Source of the DNA: Eledone cirrhosa | Lineage: Eukaryota | Direction: 5' to 3' | NCBI GenBank assembly: GCA_964016885.1 | Contig: OZ024740.1 | Coordinates: 354,702,001-354,766,000 of the forward strand | Length of the DNA stretch: 64,000 bases | In this document: positions 46,443-59,783 of the stretch, piece by piece | Layout: each line of letters begins with the position of its first letter | Position numbering within the stretch: the first letter of the stretch is position 1 | The notes under the pieces: generated by a model | What the model was told of the DNA's origin: nothing | Database searches by the model: none | What the model saw: only the letters and a program-made list of their open reading frames with translations | Made by a program: the position numbers and the translations under genes

Positions 46443-46731
46443 AATGTGTCATTAACAGTTGCATAAATCATTCTACAAGTTTGATTTCACCAACAAATAA
46501 TAAAAACTACTTTATCTTCTTATATATATATATATCATCAGCATTGTTTAATGCTGATGATATATATATATATATCATGGGTTACACGGGTTTGGCTAGA
46601 TTGGTTAGACAGCAAGTTGGGTCAGGTGACTGTGTCTCACTCGTATAGAGTGTTTATGGCTGGATGCTCTTCGTAATGTCAACCACATTTACAGTGTGTA
46701 CTGGGTGCTTTTTTTACAGTGTGGGCTGGAT

Positions 46732-46787
<56 letters not shown>

Positions 46788-49700
46788 GTCACTGGACCGA
46801 GACCTTTGGCGGTACTCAGTAATAGAGAAGACCCGCCTTACCTAAATACAAAGTAAAAACCTACTACAGTCAGTAGGCACCTCTATCAAAACACACCCCC
46901 GTCCCACCACCTCCACCCCACCCACACCGCCCCTTTCAATGTAAAGTTATGTTGGTCCCACAACATCCAGGCCGAAACAAATGAGATCGTGTAGGTGTCA
47001 CGACAAAAAACACACAGTCCACGCTGTAAATGTGGCCGTATAGGCAACACGGTAAAAACCTCCCAGCCCCACACTGTAAATGTGGTTGGTGTTAGGAAGG
47101 GCATCCAGCTGTAGAAAACCCGCCAGACAGTCCACGCTATAATGTGGCCGTGTAGGCAACACGGTAAAAACCTCCCAGCCCCACACTGTAAATGTGGTTG
47201 GTGTTAGGAAGGGCATCCAACTGTAGAAAACCCGCCAGACAGTCCTATGCGAGCAAGACAACCACTCTTGCCTCAAGTGGGAAAACCCCCGTCCAAACCC
47301 ATGCAAGCGTGGAACACGGACGCTAAACCTGATGATGATGATGATGATGATATATATATTTGTTAGTTAGGTGTGTAACAACTGTTACAGGGGGCACATT
47401 GTTCGAAGCACTCAATGCTGTTACGAGGTCCGTTTCATTTGGGTTGTATTCCAGTGTTATGGCTGAAGTGTGCAGAGTGTAAATAGATTTAAGAGTCGAA
47501 GTGAGTGTTGCAGCTTATGTACAAACTTTATTTGCATATTACAATTGTTTCAATATCGATCAGCTCGGTACAATCAAGGTGACAGGTCCTGACTCTTTTT
47601 CAACATCTCATCAGATGTTGCTTGGTTTCAGGTTTTTATCCTATTTCCATCAATATTTGCAATGCTATTCATAGAACTGTGAATTGATTTATTGCCTGTA
47701 ATTCTATTAAATTATAAAATAAATTTTACTCTATAAAACTTAAAAAGTGAAGGTGCAAAATGCATATTTTAAAGATAATAGAGAGGAATTTGAGAGAGGT
47801 GTGGCTTTTATTTATAGCATGTCAAGTGACTATGTAAAGGTTCACCTTTATTCTGGTGTGCTATGCTCCTAACTCTACTTTTGATACTATAAATAAAAAA
47901 TAAAGAGTATTAGTGTATCTGAACTTAACTTTCTTGTTGCTGATTAGTAACTGTGTTTTAATAAATGAGTAATTACATGGATGCAAGTCTTCCTTCAAGC
48001 AGATTGAGTCTGGCTTGGACCAACACCATCTCATCTGCCTCCGCTCTGCTTCACAGCCAAAGAGCGATGCATGGCTCAATTCAGTGCCCTCCTCATCAAC
48101 TAGTACCCGTCTTGATGATGAGTGCACTCGCATCGGTGTGGCCCAATGCCTTGGCCTCCGCATGCATGAGCCACCTTTTGACAAGTTTGGCCTGCACCCA
48201 CTGTCTTGCCACCAAAGCACAGGCCAGTTCCCCCGACAAGCCGCTCTCAATGACATATTGAGAAGGAGCCTGCATGCAGCTGGCTTCTTGTCACAACTGG
48301 AGCCATCAGGCCTCAACTGCAGAGACCGCAAGTGCCCTGACAGAATTACCCTCTTCCCATTTGAAGGAGATAGATCCCCCATCTGGATGCCATATATTGT
48401 GACACATTCTCCACCTTTAACTTAGTTGCTTTGGCCACAAACCCCCATACTGTGGCCCGCCATGCCGAGGAAAGGAAGATAAACAAATACCGGACATTGT
48501 CTGGCCACTTCCTCTTCGCATTGGTCGCCATTGGGACCTCAGGAGTACTCAGACTGCCAAGCTCCACCACAAGATTGGGACATCAGCAAGGAAAGAGCCC
48601 CATGGGGTGGGGTGGCTGTTGCAGCGGGTATCGCTGGCCATTGTCCATGGAAATGCTTTTGAAGTCTTGTCTGCGGGGTGCAACCCTAGCACCGCTATGC
48701 CCTAGGCCCAGGTCAGCTCTGATCAAACAGATCTATGATCATAGGCATTCCAGTTGCTACTACCTATCTTTTTAGGTTTTCAGATACAGTGAATCTAAGA
48801 ATCATATCTAGTGTGTCTTAAAGTAGAGTGTGATTTAGTGAAGATTTTATGTACTTCACAAGCCTTCCAAGATCATTGATATTGATGCTGTTAATTATCC
48901 ACTTAAACTGCAGCAGGTCATTGACTGAAGGAATGGTATGTGCAGGGAAGGAATTTCAGAGTGCTAACACTCTGAATGGAGGTTGCAAGAGAGTAGCTAG
49001 AGACCATATTAGTAGAAGTAAAAAAGGCAGAGAGAAGAGATAGTTCATCTGTGGTCCAAAGGTTGGAATTTCTGAACAACTTCATGGAATGGACTTCTGT
49101 CAGTTTTGATGATGAGTATTCCAGTTGTTCAATTCTTTTTATTTTTTAGTTTTATTTATTTATTTATTGTTGCTGTTATTTAAAAAAAAATAATTGTTTT
49201 CTTCTTTTCTTTATTCAATGCAGTTTTTTGGCTTTGAATCTTATCTGAAATAGCTTCAATATCTGAGTCATCATCATAATGGTTTCTAATTTAGTCACAA
49301 AGCCAGCAATTTTGGAGGGAGGGATGAATCAACTACATCAACTCAGTACTTGACTGTTGGTTCTCTATTTTATCGACCCCTATAAAGATGAAAGGCAAAC
49401 TTTACCTCAGTGATATTTGAACTCAGCATATAAAGTGCTGTAACTAAACACCCTAAAGCATTTTGTCCGACACTTCAATGACCCTGCCAATCCACCACCC
49501 TTATAATAATAATAAATTAATTAATCAATTAATTAATCAATTTCTGGGCACCGAAGAACCACTCAAGATTGGCTAAAATTTGCAAGTTCCTGGCCCCTGC
49601 TATAGTTTGTCAATAAATCTCCATTAGTTTTGATGATAAGTGTTCCAATTTTACAATCAATGAAACAGCTTGCTTTTAAAATTAACATGTAAGTGACTGA

Positions 49701-52700
49701 GTATTCCATAGACACATGTACCTTAAACAAAATTCTTAGGGAGATTCAGTATGACATAAGTGTGTGACAAGGCTAGCGCTTTGAATTACAGGTACAGTCC
49801 ATCGAACAGGCTTCCAAACAGTTTCTGTTTACCTAATTTCATTAACAAGGCATGAGTCAATCTGAGGCTATGGTAAATGACAGTTGCTCAAGATGCCGCA
49901 TAGTGGGATTGATCCCTGTACCTAATGATTGTATTAACTATTTGGCCATGCTACATCTACTGTGAGTTGACAAAAGTGAAAGTGAAGTGCTAAACTCAAA
50001 GATCACTCCTGTCAGGTACTAACATTGATATAAAGTTTTGACCTTGTGCCAATAAAATTATTTTTAGATTTTAGATTTCAATTAACTTTTTTTTCCAGTT
50101 AACCTATTTTCATTTGTGATTTCTGCTTTTTTGGAATAGTTCCTTTTCAGTTGTTTAATAGGACAATTTTATTTATTTATTTTGTTTAATGTTTTTGTTT
50201 GTTTCTTTTTTTTTAAGCAGTGACATAAGTTAAACCTACTTTTCAATTCAGTTATTCCCTAACTTCAACATCATCATCATCATCATCATCATCATTTTTA
50301 CATATGCTTCTTCCATGTTTGCATGGTTTAGATAAGTCCTCTCCAGTACAATGTCTCTCCGTTTGTTTTCCATCTCCACTGTGTTCTTCTGCTTGGAACT
50401 CCTGGTACTTCTTCGCTCAACAATCATCATCATCATCATCATCATCACCGTTTTACGTCTGTTCTTCCACGCTAGCATAGGTTAGACAGGTTGTCCTGTT
50501 GTGGGCAGCGTCTGGTCGGCTGACCATCCCTTGCTCATACAGGAACTGATTTGGCTTGATTTCTACAGCCAACTCATTTACAGTGAGTGCTGGGTGCTTT
50601 TTCGTGGTGCCTACACGTCCACTTTACAGTGTGGGCTGGGTGCTTTTTTGCCGTGGCACCTCCACGACCACCTTGCAGTGGGAGGGTGTGGGGGCATATT
50701 GTCTATATGCTTCAGCTTGTACCCATGGGAAGTTGGGTACTCTGTATTACTGCGTGACGCCAGAGGTCACGGTCATGTGTCATCACCTTTGAGAAGTGTA
50801 ATTGGGTAAGGTCGGCTTTTATCACCTCATCCCAGGTCATCTTGGGTCTCCCCACTCTGCGGTTTCCATCGACTCAAGTGCTCTGCACCTTTTTATGCAG
50901 CTGTCATCCTTCATACGCATCACATGTCCATACCAACACAACCGCCTCTCCTGCACACAGCATTTGATTCCTCTTATGCTCAGTCTCTCTCTCAATTCAT
51001 TTATGCTTTGTCGTTCGCGTATATTACTATTACACATCCATCGGAGCATGCAGGCTTCGTTTCTCTCTAATCTACGTAAGTCTTCCACCTTCAGCGCCCA
51101 GGTCTCACTACCATGTAACATTGTTGTTCGGATACACGCATCATACAGTCTGCCTTTCATTTTGAAGGCCATCATTAATATACATTACATATCCATCAGG
51201 AATACTTTTATACTTCAGTGTATTTTATTTATATTGTTTTCTTTTCTAACAAAGCAAAGATACTTAGTATATTCTTAAACTCCCCTACCACTACCACCAA
51301 CTTTCAATGAAGTTGAGACATCCATACTTTTCCCAGTGGTTTTAGTTGCCTAAGTAAAATGAAATTGTTCAAATTGAGAATTGAAATCTAGTTGTGGCTC
51401 AGCTTTCAGTTGATATTGTTTGAACCTCAGGTTGGCAGTGCTTGAGCAAACCTATGATCAACCTGTTTCTACGCAAAGAGGGAATCTTTGACAACACTAT
51501 CCATTGTGTCCGACATCTATTTTAAAAATAGTAAGGTGTAATTTTGTAATTTGATGAGGGTTTGGCTACTATTTCTAGAAGGACAAACAACCATATAGAG
51601 GCTCAGGTCAGCAGTGATTTAACAAACCTATATTGAAAGATGTTTCAGTCTTGATAATTTGAGATCTGGCTGCTATTTCTAGGACAAGTGACCAAATAAA
51701 AGCTGTCTCTCCTCTGTGAAAGCAATTTAGTTTATTTTAATTTGCTGTGTATTTTTAACCATTAGAGTAATTTTCAGATATAAAAATAATAATGATAATA
51801 ATAATGAAATTATTGTGTAAAGTGCTTAGGTGCACTACAACTTTTCAAAGGTGTATGTATCATCATCATCATCAGCATCATCATCGTTTAACGTCCATGT
51901 TCCACGCTTGCATGGGTTTGGACGGGAGTTTTCCCACTTGAGGCAAGAGTGGTTGTCTTGCTCGCATAGGACTGTCTGGCGGGTTTTCTACAGCTGGATG
52001 CCCTTCCTAACACCAACCACATTTACAGTGTGGGACTGGGAGGTTTTTACCGTGTTGCCTACATGGCCACATTACAGCGTGGACTGTGTGTTTTTTTGTC
52101 GTGACACCTACACGATCTCATTTGTTTCGGCCTGGATGTTGTGGCACCAACATAACTTTACATTGAAAGGGGCGGTGTGGATGGGGTGGGGGGTGCGGGG
52201 GGTATTTTGTTAGAGATGCCTACTGACTGTAGTAGGTTTTACTTTGTATTTAGGTAAGGCGGGTCTTCTCTATTACTGAGTGCCGCCAAAGATCTCGGTC
52301 CAGTGACATTGTCTTGGAGAGGTGAAAGTGTGTGAGGTCGGAGTTTATCAGGTCGTCCCAGGTTTTTCTGGGTCTGCCTACTCCGTGGCTACCGTCTATC
52401 TTTATTGCCCTGCACTTTTTTATACAGCTGTCGTCTTTCATGCGCATTACGTGACCATACCAACGTAGCCTTCTCTCGTGTAAACAACATCTGATCCCTC
52501 TTATTTCTAATTTTTCCCTTAGTTCGTTTATGCTTTGCCGTTCGCGTATATTACTATTACACATCCAGCGGAACATGCAAGCTTCGTTCCTCTCTAGTCT
52601 GCGTATATCCTCTGCACACAATGCCCAGATCTCACTCTCCATGCAACATTGCTGTTCGTATGCAGGCATCATACAGCCTGCCTTTCATTTTTAGGGAGAA

Positions 52701-55700
52701 CCCTTTAGCGGCTAATAGTGGTATAAGCTCTCTGAACTTTTTCCATCCAGTTCTGACTCTAGCTACTGTACTTTCAGAGCACCCTCCCCCACTGCTGATT
52801 TTGTAACGGAAGCTGTCCACTATTTCTATAGAACCCTCTGCGCAATTGAAAGAGCTAGTATTCTGTGGGCACTTGCTGCTACTTATTGCGCCAGAGCACC
52901 GGCCACATGTAAAATCTATGTTCTTAGTTAGCTTACCTATGATCCCACTACATCTTTTATGCACCCATACTTTGCATTTGGGACATAAAATGGAGTTTCT
53001 ACCTACGCCTTTCCTACACACTGAGCATGGCCATTTCCGGAAGGGACCGGCGCCTTATTTTCTTTCCTACAAACTAGAACTTTAGTCTTAGCCAGGTTAA
53101 TTTTAAGGCCTTTTGATTCTAGGCCGTGCTTCCATGTTTGGAATTTCTTCTCTAGCTCGGCCATTGATTCAGCTATGAGCGTTAGATCATCTGCGTATAG
53201 GAGTTCCCATGGGCAGCCGGTCTTGAACTCCACTGTTATAGCCTGAAGGGCAATAATAAATAGTAGGGGGCTAAGAACAGAGCCCTGATGAAGACCAACT
53301 TTTACGCTAAACTCTTCACTATGTTCGTTGTTAATTCTAACCTTGCTGACTGTTTCTTTATACATGGCTTGTATAGCTCTCACAAGCCATTCATCAACAC
53401 CTAGTTTTCTAAGAGCCCACCAGATAATGGAACGGGGGACTCTGTCGAAGGCTTTCTCCAAGTCGACGAAAGCTAAGTATAGGTGTTTACTTTTAGCTAG
53501 GTACTTCTCCTGTAGTTGTCGTACAATGAAAAGAGCGTCTGTGGTACTTTTGCCTGACACAAACCCGAACTGCATTTCATCTAGATCGATTCTCTCTCTG
53601 ATTAGTTGCGCTATTACTTTTTCCGTGACCTTCATGACCTGATCGATTAATTTAATGCCTCTATAGTTACTGCTATCTAGGGCGTCTCCTTTACCCTTGT
53701 AGCAGTTAATGATGATGCTGCTACGCCAGTCCTTCGGAACAACCCCATTCTGTATGACTTGGTTTACTATCCGGGTGACCATGGTGTGTCCCACCATTCC
53801 AGAGGCTTTCAGCATCTCAGCAACTATTTCCGAAGGCCCAGCCACCTTACCCGTCTTCATATCTTTGATTGCCTTACTTATTATACGACCTTCGACTAAC
53901 ACTGCTGGTCCCTCTATTGGGTCGATGTGGGGTAGACTGTCTTTCTCCCATTTATTCTCCTCATTTAGTAGCCTTTCATAGTGACACTTCCAAGCTACCT
54001 TATCAGCGTCAGTGATGGCAAGTACGCCATCATCATTAAGTACACACTTCTCCCCGACAATATCACGGTTTTCCGTATAGTACATAGAATAATACACAAA
54101 TGTCAGGGAAGTGAATAGTGTCATGGTATACATGTGTGTATGTGTATGGAGGGGGAACATTAGCTGTAGTGTTGGCGGATCTCGGGAAGCATGGAGGCCT
54201 TAAAGGATGCAGTGTCTCGACAGCTAACAACTGATGCAGGTAGTTTGTTCCATGCTTCAGCAACTCTGAGCGTGAAAAAATGTTTCCGAAAGTCATGGAA
54301 ACTGTGCTGTTTTCTTACTTTGTGGGCATGTCCACGTGTGTTAGACACATGGAAATCAAAAAGGTACTCAGGGTTGTTGTTGGCAACATGGTTAACAATT
54401 TTGTGGGTGTTTACCAAGTCAGTTGCCAGGCGTCGGAGCTTCAATGTATCCATGCCCAGGGAAGCAAGGCGCTCAGAGTATGGTAGATGCCTGATGGAGG
54501 GTATTCGCTTGGTTGCACGTCTCTGAAGAGTTTCCAGGCGGTCAATGTTCTGAGCAAGATAGGGGTTCCAGACTGGTGATGCAAATTCTAAGTGTGGTGG
54601 CACCATAGCCATGTACAGCCTTAAATAGATATCTGGAGAGTGGCTGACAAAGGTCTTGCTGAGTGATGCTAAGCCCCTCGGCCCTCTTGACAATTTTAGA
54701 GACATGTTTCATCCAACGCAAATCGCTGCTGATCGTAATGCCCAGGTCACGTTCACAAGAAGACTTCTTGATATTAGTGCTGTGGATGGAGTATGTGGAC
54801 GCTGGGTTTTTACTCCCAAAATGCATGGTGGTGCACTTGTCCACAGCTAGCTTGAGTTGCCAGTCTGAGATCCATTGTTGCATTGTGTCCAGGTCAGACT
54901 GCAAGCAAAATCTATAGTGTTCAGGATCTGTCCTTTTTATCTCAAGGTACAGCTTTGATTGTTAAAATATTTGAGATGGAAACATATCCATGTTTTGTTG
55001 TTGTTTATTTTTAATTTTAAATTAATTTGTTCATTTATTTATTTGATGTACTACATGTAATTTTTCCTGACTGACTGGTTTTATTATATATGACATGGAT
55101 GTCATAAACTGTTTCTCTCTGGAAAATATTTTTATGTTACTCCAAGTGAAGAGAAAGGTGTGTGCTGCATGTGTGTGAAGTGCTGTGATCTATAAGAGTG
55201 ATACAAACACGGAGTAACAGGGCAGACTAGAAAGAGAAGAAATAGAATAGTTTGGTGGATGAGTGGAGTATTACTCAGAGAGAGGTAGACAAACAATAGA
55301 TTGCAGAGGAGTGATAGGAATAGAATCAGTGATGAATGATGTGAAGAGGGATGGAATAAGATGGTTGGGTCATGTGTTGAGGAAGGATGAGATTAACTGG
55401 GTGAGAGGAGTGATGGAAATGAGTGTGGAAGAAAGAGAGAGAGTGTCCATTTTATATTTATTTGTCTATTTGTATTGTTATAATATTATATTTTTGTTGG
55501 TCTTGTGGCAATGAAGAAATTACAATCCATTATAAAAAAATTTGTGTGCAGTTGGAGTTAGCCCATCATGTTAGCTACTAATTTACTGTATTGTGCTAAA
55601 TTTTAATCATGCTATGGTCATTTTAGATTTACAGTAATTTTCTTATGACTGCTGCCAAACTCTAAATTTTTATGGACGCTTACCAAAGTTGGTATAATAG

Positions 55701-56663
55701 AATTACTAGCAGTGAATAGTGGCGGGTGTGTGGTTAAAGAGTTTGTTTTACAACTAGTTCGATTTGAACTAGTCTCTTTTATAGCTTTGGTTAGACTAAA
55801 GCCTTACTGAAATTTGGTAAGACAAAATCTGCAGAAGCCCATCATATTATATACAGGGTGACCCCAAAATCATTAGACCATTATATATATACATAAAAAC
55901 TATCTAGTGACTAATAGGGCACCCTGTATATATATATATCATCATCATCATCATCATCGTTTAACGTCCATGTTCCACGCTTGCATGGGTTTGGACGGGG
56001 GTTTTCCCACTTGAGGCAAGAGTGATTGTCTTGCTCGCATAGGACTGTCTGGCGGGTTTTCTACAGCTGGATGCCCTTCCTAACACCAACCACATTTACA
56101 GTGTGGGGCTGAGAGGTTTTTACCGTGTTGCCTACACGGCCACATTACAGCGTGGACTGTCTGGCGGGTTTTCTACAGCTGGATGCCCTTCCTAACACCA
56201 ACCACATTTACAGTGTGGGACTGGGAGGTTTTTACCGTGTTGCCTACACGGCCACATTACAGCGTGGACTGTGTGTTTTTTGTCGTGACACCTACACGAT
56301 CTCATTTGTTTCGGCCTGGATGTTGTGGCACCAACATAACTTTGCATTGAAAGAGGCGGTGTGGGCGGGGTGGGGGTGGTGGGACGGGGGGTGTATTTTG
56401 TTAGAGATGCCTACTGACTGTAGTAGGTTTTACTTTGTATTTAGGAAAGGCGGGTATTCTCTGTTACTGAGTACCGCCAAAGGTCTCGGTCCAGTGACAT
56501 TGTCCAGTGACATTATTTTTGTTTCTTTTGTACCAAAATTAATAAAGACAATGACAGCTGACCTAAACCTAACAACTAGAACAAACACACAAATATAGAC
56601 ACTACTAGCTGGTAAAAAACTACATTAGTATACCATCATCGCAGTGCCACAGACTTATAAAAT

Positions 56664-56727
<64 letters not shown>

Positions 56728-59719
56728 TAGGACAGAATGTCCAGTAGTCAAGCTCAAACTGTCTCAATAGCAAAATGGTAAGATTAATCAAATTTTTTTG
56801 TGAACTTCAGCCAAGTCCATCTCCCCAGGGGCAGAGCCACACACTGACTGATGTTGGAGGTCCGGGGTCACTGGAAAAGTGGAAAGGGGAATGCAAAATA
56901 AAACCAAAGCAAAAACAAAAATCAAAATAAGAACAAAATGCAATTGGAACAACGAAGGGGTGAACAAATGATATAATAAAAGGGTCACATAGCCTGGTGT
57001 AGTTAAAAGTTATCTTTATGGAAGCAGGGGTGGATGGCAAGATAGTGTTTCTCTCATGGGTCACTAAACAAAATTGTATTTTATAAGTCTGTGGCACTGC
57101 GATGATGGTATACTAATGTAGTTTTTTACCTGCTAGTAGTGTCTATATCTGTGTGTTTGTTCTAGTTGTTAGGTTTAGGTCAGCTGTCATTGTCTTTATT
57201 AATTTTGGTACAAAAGAAACAAAAATAAAATGCTATTTATATATTAACACAGATTAAAAATTTAAGCAAATAATTTCTGCTTTCACTGTAAGCATCTGAA
57301 ACTGAGAAATATCGAGTCTCTCTGGATTTTGGTCTTTCTATTTATTATTACGACACACACACACACATATATATACACACACATATATATATATATATAT
57401 AAGTATGTAATTATGTATATGATGCAATACTGATTCTTTGTTCCCTATTTATTATTTTATATATATATATTACCTGTTAAATGTAAAAATGTGGCAGCCC
57501 GTTATATGCCAGCATGGAAAATACACATAAAACAGATGATGAAAATGATGATGTTATATATTTCAAAATTAATTTGAAAATTTTAGACAGTGTCATTTAT
57601 TAGAAATATGACATTTTTCAGATGCAGGAGAGCGCTATAGAAGTGGTGGATAGCTTCCGGTACCTAGGAGATCAGATTAGCATGGGAGGAGGGTGTTCCG
57701 AGGCCATAGTATCTAGAATAAGGACGGGTTGGAAGAAGTTTAGGGAGCTGCTTCCTCTGTTGACGAAGAAGGGTTTCTCCCTGCGTACGAAAGGCCAGTT
57801 GTATGATGCCTGTGTGAGGAGCGCGATGCTGCATGGTAGTGAGACATGGGCAGCAACTGCAGAGGATATGCAACGGCTGGAGAGAAATGAGGCAAGCATG
57901 TTCCGTTGGATGTGCAGTGTAAATGTGCGTGAACGACCCAGCATAAATGTGGTGAGAGAGAAACTGTCTGAGAAGGATAGAATGTAGTGTACGGGAGAGG
58001 AGACTGAGGTGGTATGGACATGTGATGCGCATGGAGGATGACCGATGGGTGAAGAAGTGCCAGGAAATGCCAGTTGAAGGAAGACGTGGTAGAGGTAGAC
58101 CACGAAAAACATGGGCGGAGGTGGTGAAAACAGACCTCAGATCATTGAAGCTCACGGTGGAGATGACAAAGGACCGTGAGGAGTGGAGAGATGCTGTGCT
58201 GAATAAGACCCGTCCCACCCTTGCAAGCAGGGAAAGGCAGACGTAAAATGATGATGATGATGACACCGAAAGGGTTAATTATGCTACAATTTTGATATTT
58301 GTTTGTTTGTTTTTTTTGTTTTTCTTTTTAAACACAGTTTACTTGACACGGTCAATGAGTGCCCAGAAAAAGATGTCAGCAATATAAAGAAGCCAACCAG
58401 GCTGACAAAGTATCACAGCTCTAGAAAACTTGGTTCTTTATACACATCCATCGATGACCTGTATGTTCACAAAAAGCTTGGTGCTAGTAAAAGTCGCCGA
58501 TGTGAAAACTGTGAGTAATTTATTATTATAAATTTACCTTACATGTTGCAAATACCATAGAGTATGTGTTGACCATTTGGAGATGAAATCTTACAGGTTT
58601 CTAAATTAGCTCTTTTCATACCAATTTGCCTATGGTTCCACAAAACAAAACCACCCATTTTAAAGGGTTCCTATTTAAATTAAAGCCTTCCAACATGCTG
58701 TGAAGAGAAATGGAATGAGATGGTTGGGTCATGTGTTGAGGAAAGATGAAAGTGACTGAGTAAGAGAAGTCATAGACATGAATGTGGAAGGAAGTAAAGG
58801 AAGGGGGAAATCAAGAAATGCATGGTTAAAAATGATGGTGGAGGAAATGAAAGCTAGGTGGTTAGTGGGGGGCCAGCCGTAGGGAAAATGGAGAAGTTTG
58901 TCATGGGGCCTGCAAGGCTAACTCCTGCTTTAGCAGGGAAGATGGCTTTAAAAGACTTGTTGTTTTGTTATGTATCTATATGTGTCATCATTGTCATCAT
59001 CATCATTTAATATCCACTTTCCCTACTAGCAAGAGTTGAACAGATCTTCATAGACTGAGTCAATACTGAAGCAGGGGCCACTGACTTCCCAGACAGACTG
59101 GGGGTTCACATCTCACTTACATACAGTTCCACATTCTACCCAGAGCATTTTATCATAGCACCAGAACTAGAGAAGTTATCATAACTTTGACACAACTAGA
59201 GGGTCCTCCCAATCTTGTGTTGTATTTTATATCTTATGAATATATTTTATATTTATGTTATTTTGTTTTGTTTAATAGTGTGCTATCTTCTAAATCTGGT
59301 TGACAAAGACGAGTGGGGAAACTTGGAAAAACTTGACCGTGTTGAGCCCAGGATGTCAGTCTTTGCTGAGATTTTAATGGACAAGGAAAAATGGAAGGTA
59401 AAATTGTCTTATAGCTGACTTTCATTAGCAACACTCTTCTCTCCTTCTCTCACTCTCTTTTTTGCTTTTTCTCATTCTCTTTCCTACTCTCAGCTTTCTC
59501 TCTGTCTCTTAATCTCATTCTTTCTGTCACAATATCTTTCTCTCTGTCATCTAGCACTCCCCTCCTCTCTCTCTCTCTCTCTCTCTCTCCTTCTTTTACT
59601 TTACACCTAGGCACACTGATCTACTTCTCTCCATCTCTCTCATTCTCTTTCTCACTCTAATCTTTCTCTCTTTTTCACACCCTTTCTTTCTCACTGTCTC
59701 TCTATTTCCTTTCTCACTC

Positions 59720-59783
<64 letters not shown>

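Noticed and set aside
53003-54705. Apparent continuous ORFs suggesting a CR1-RTE fusion protein
   Set aside because: The CR1 ORF stops at 54160 and the RTE part is a 5'-truncated copy abutting the CR1 3' UTR; the read-through is accidental.
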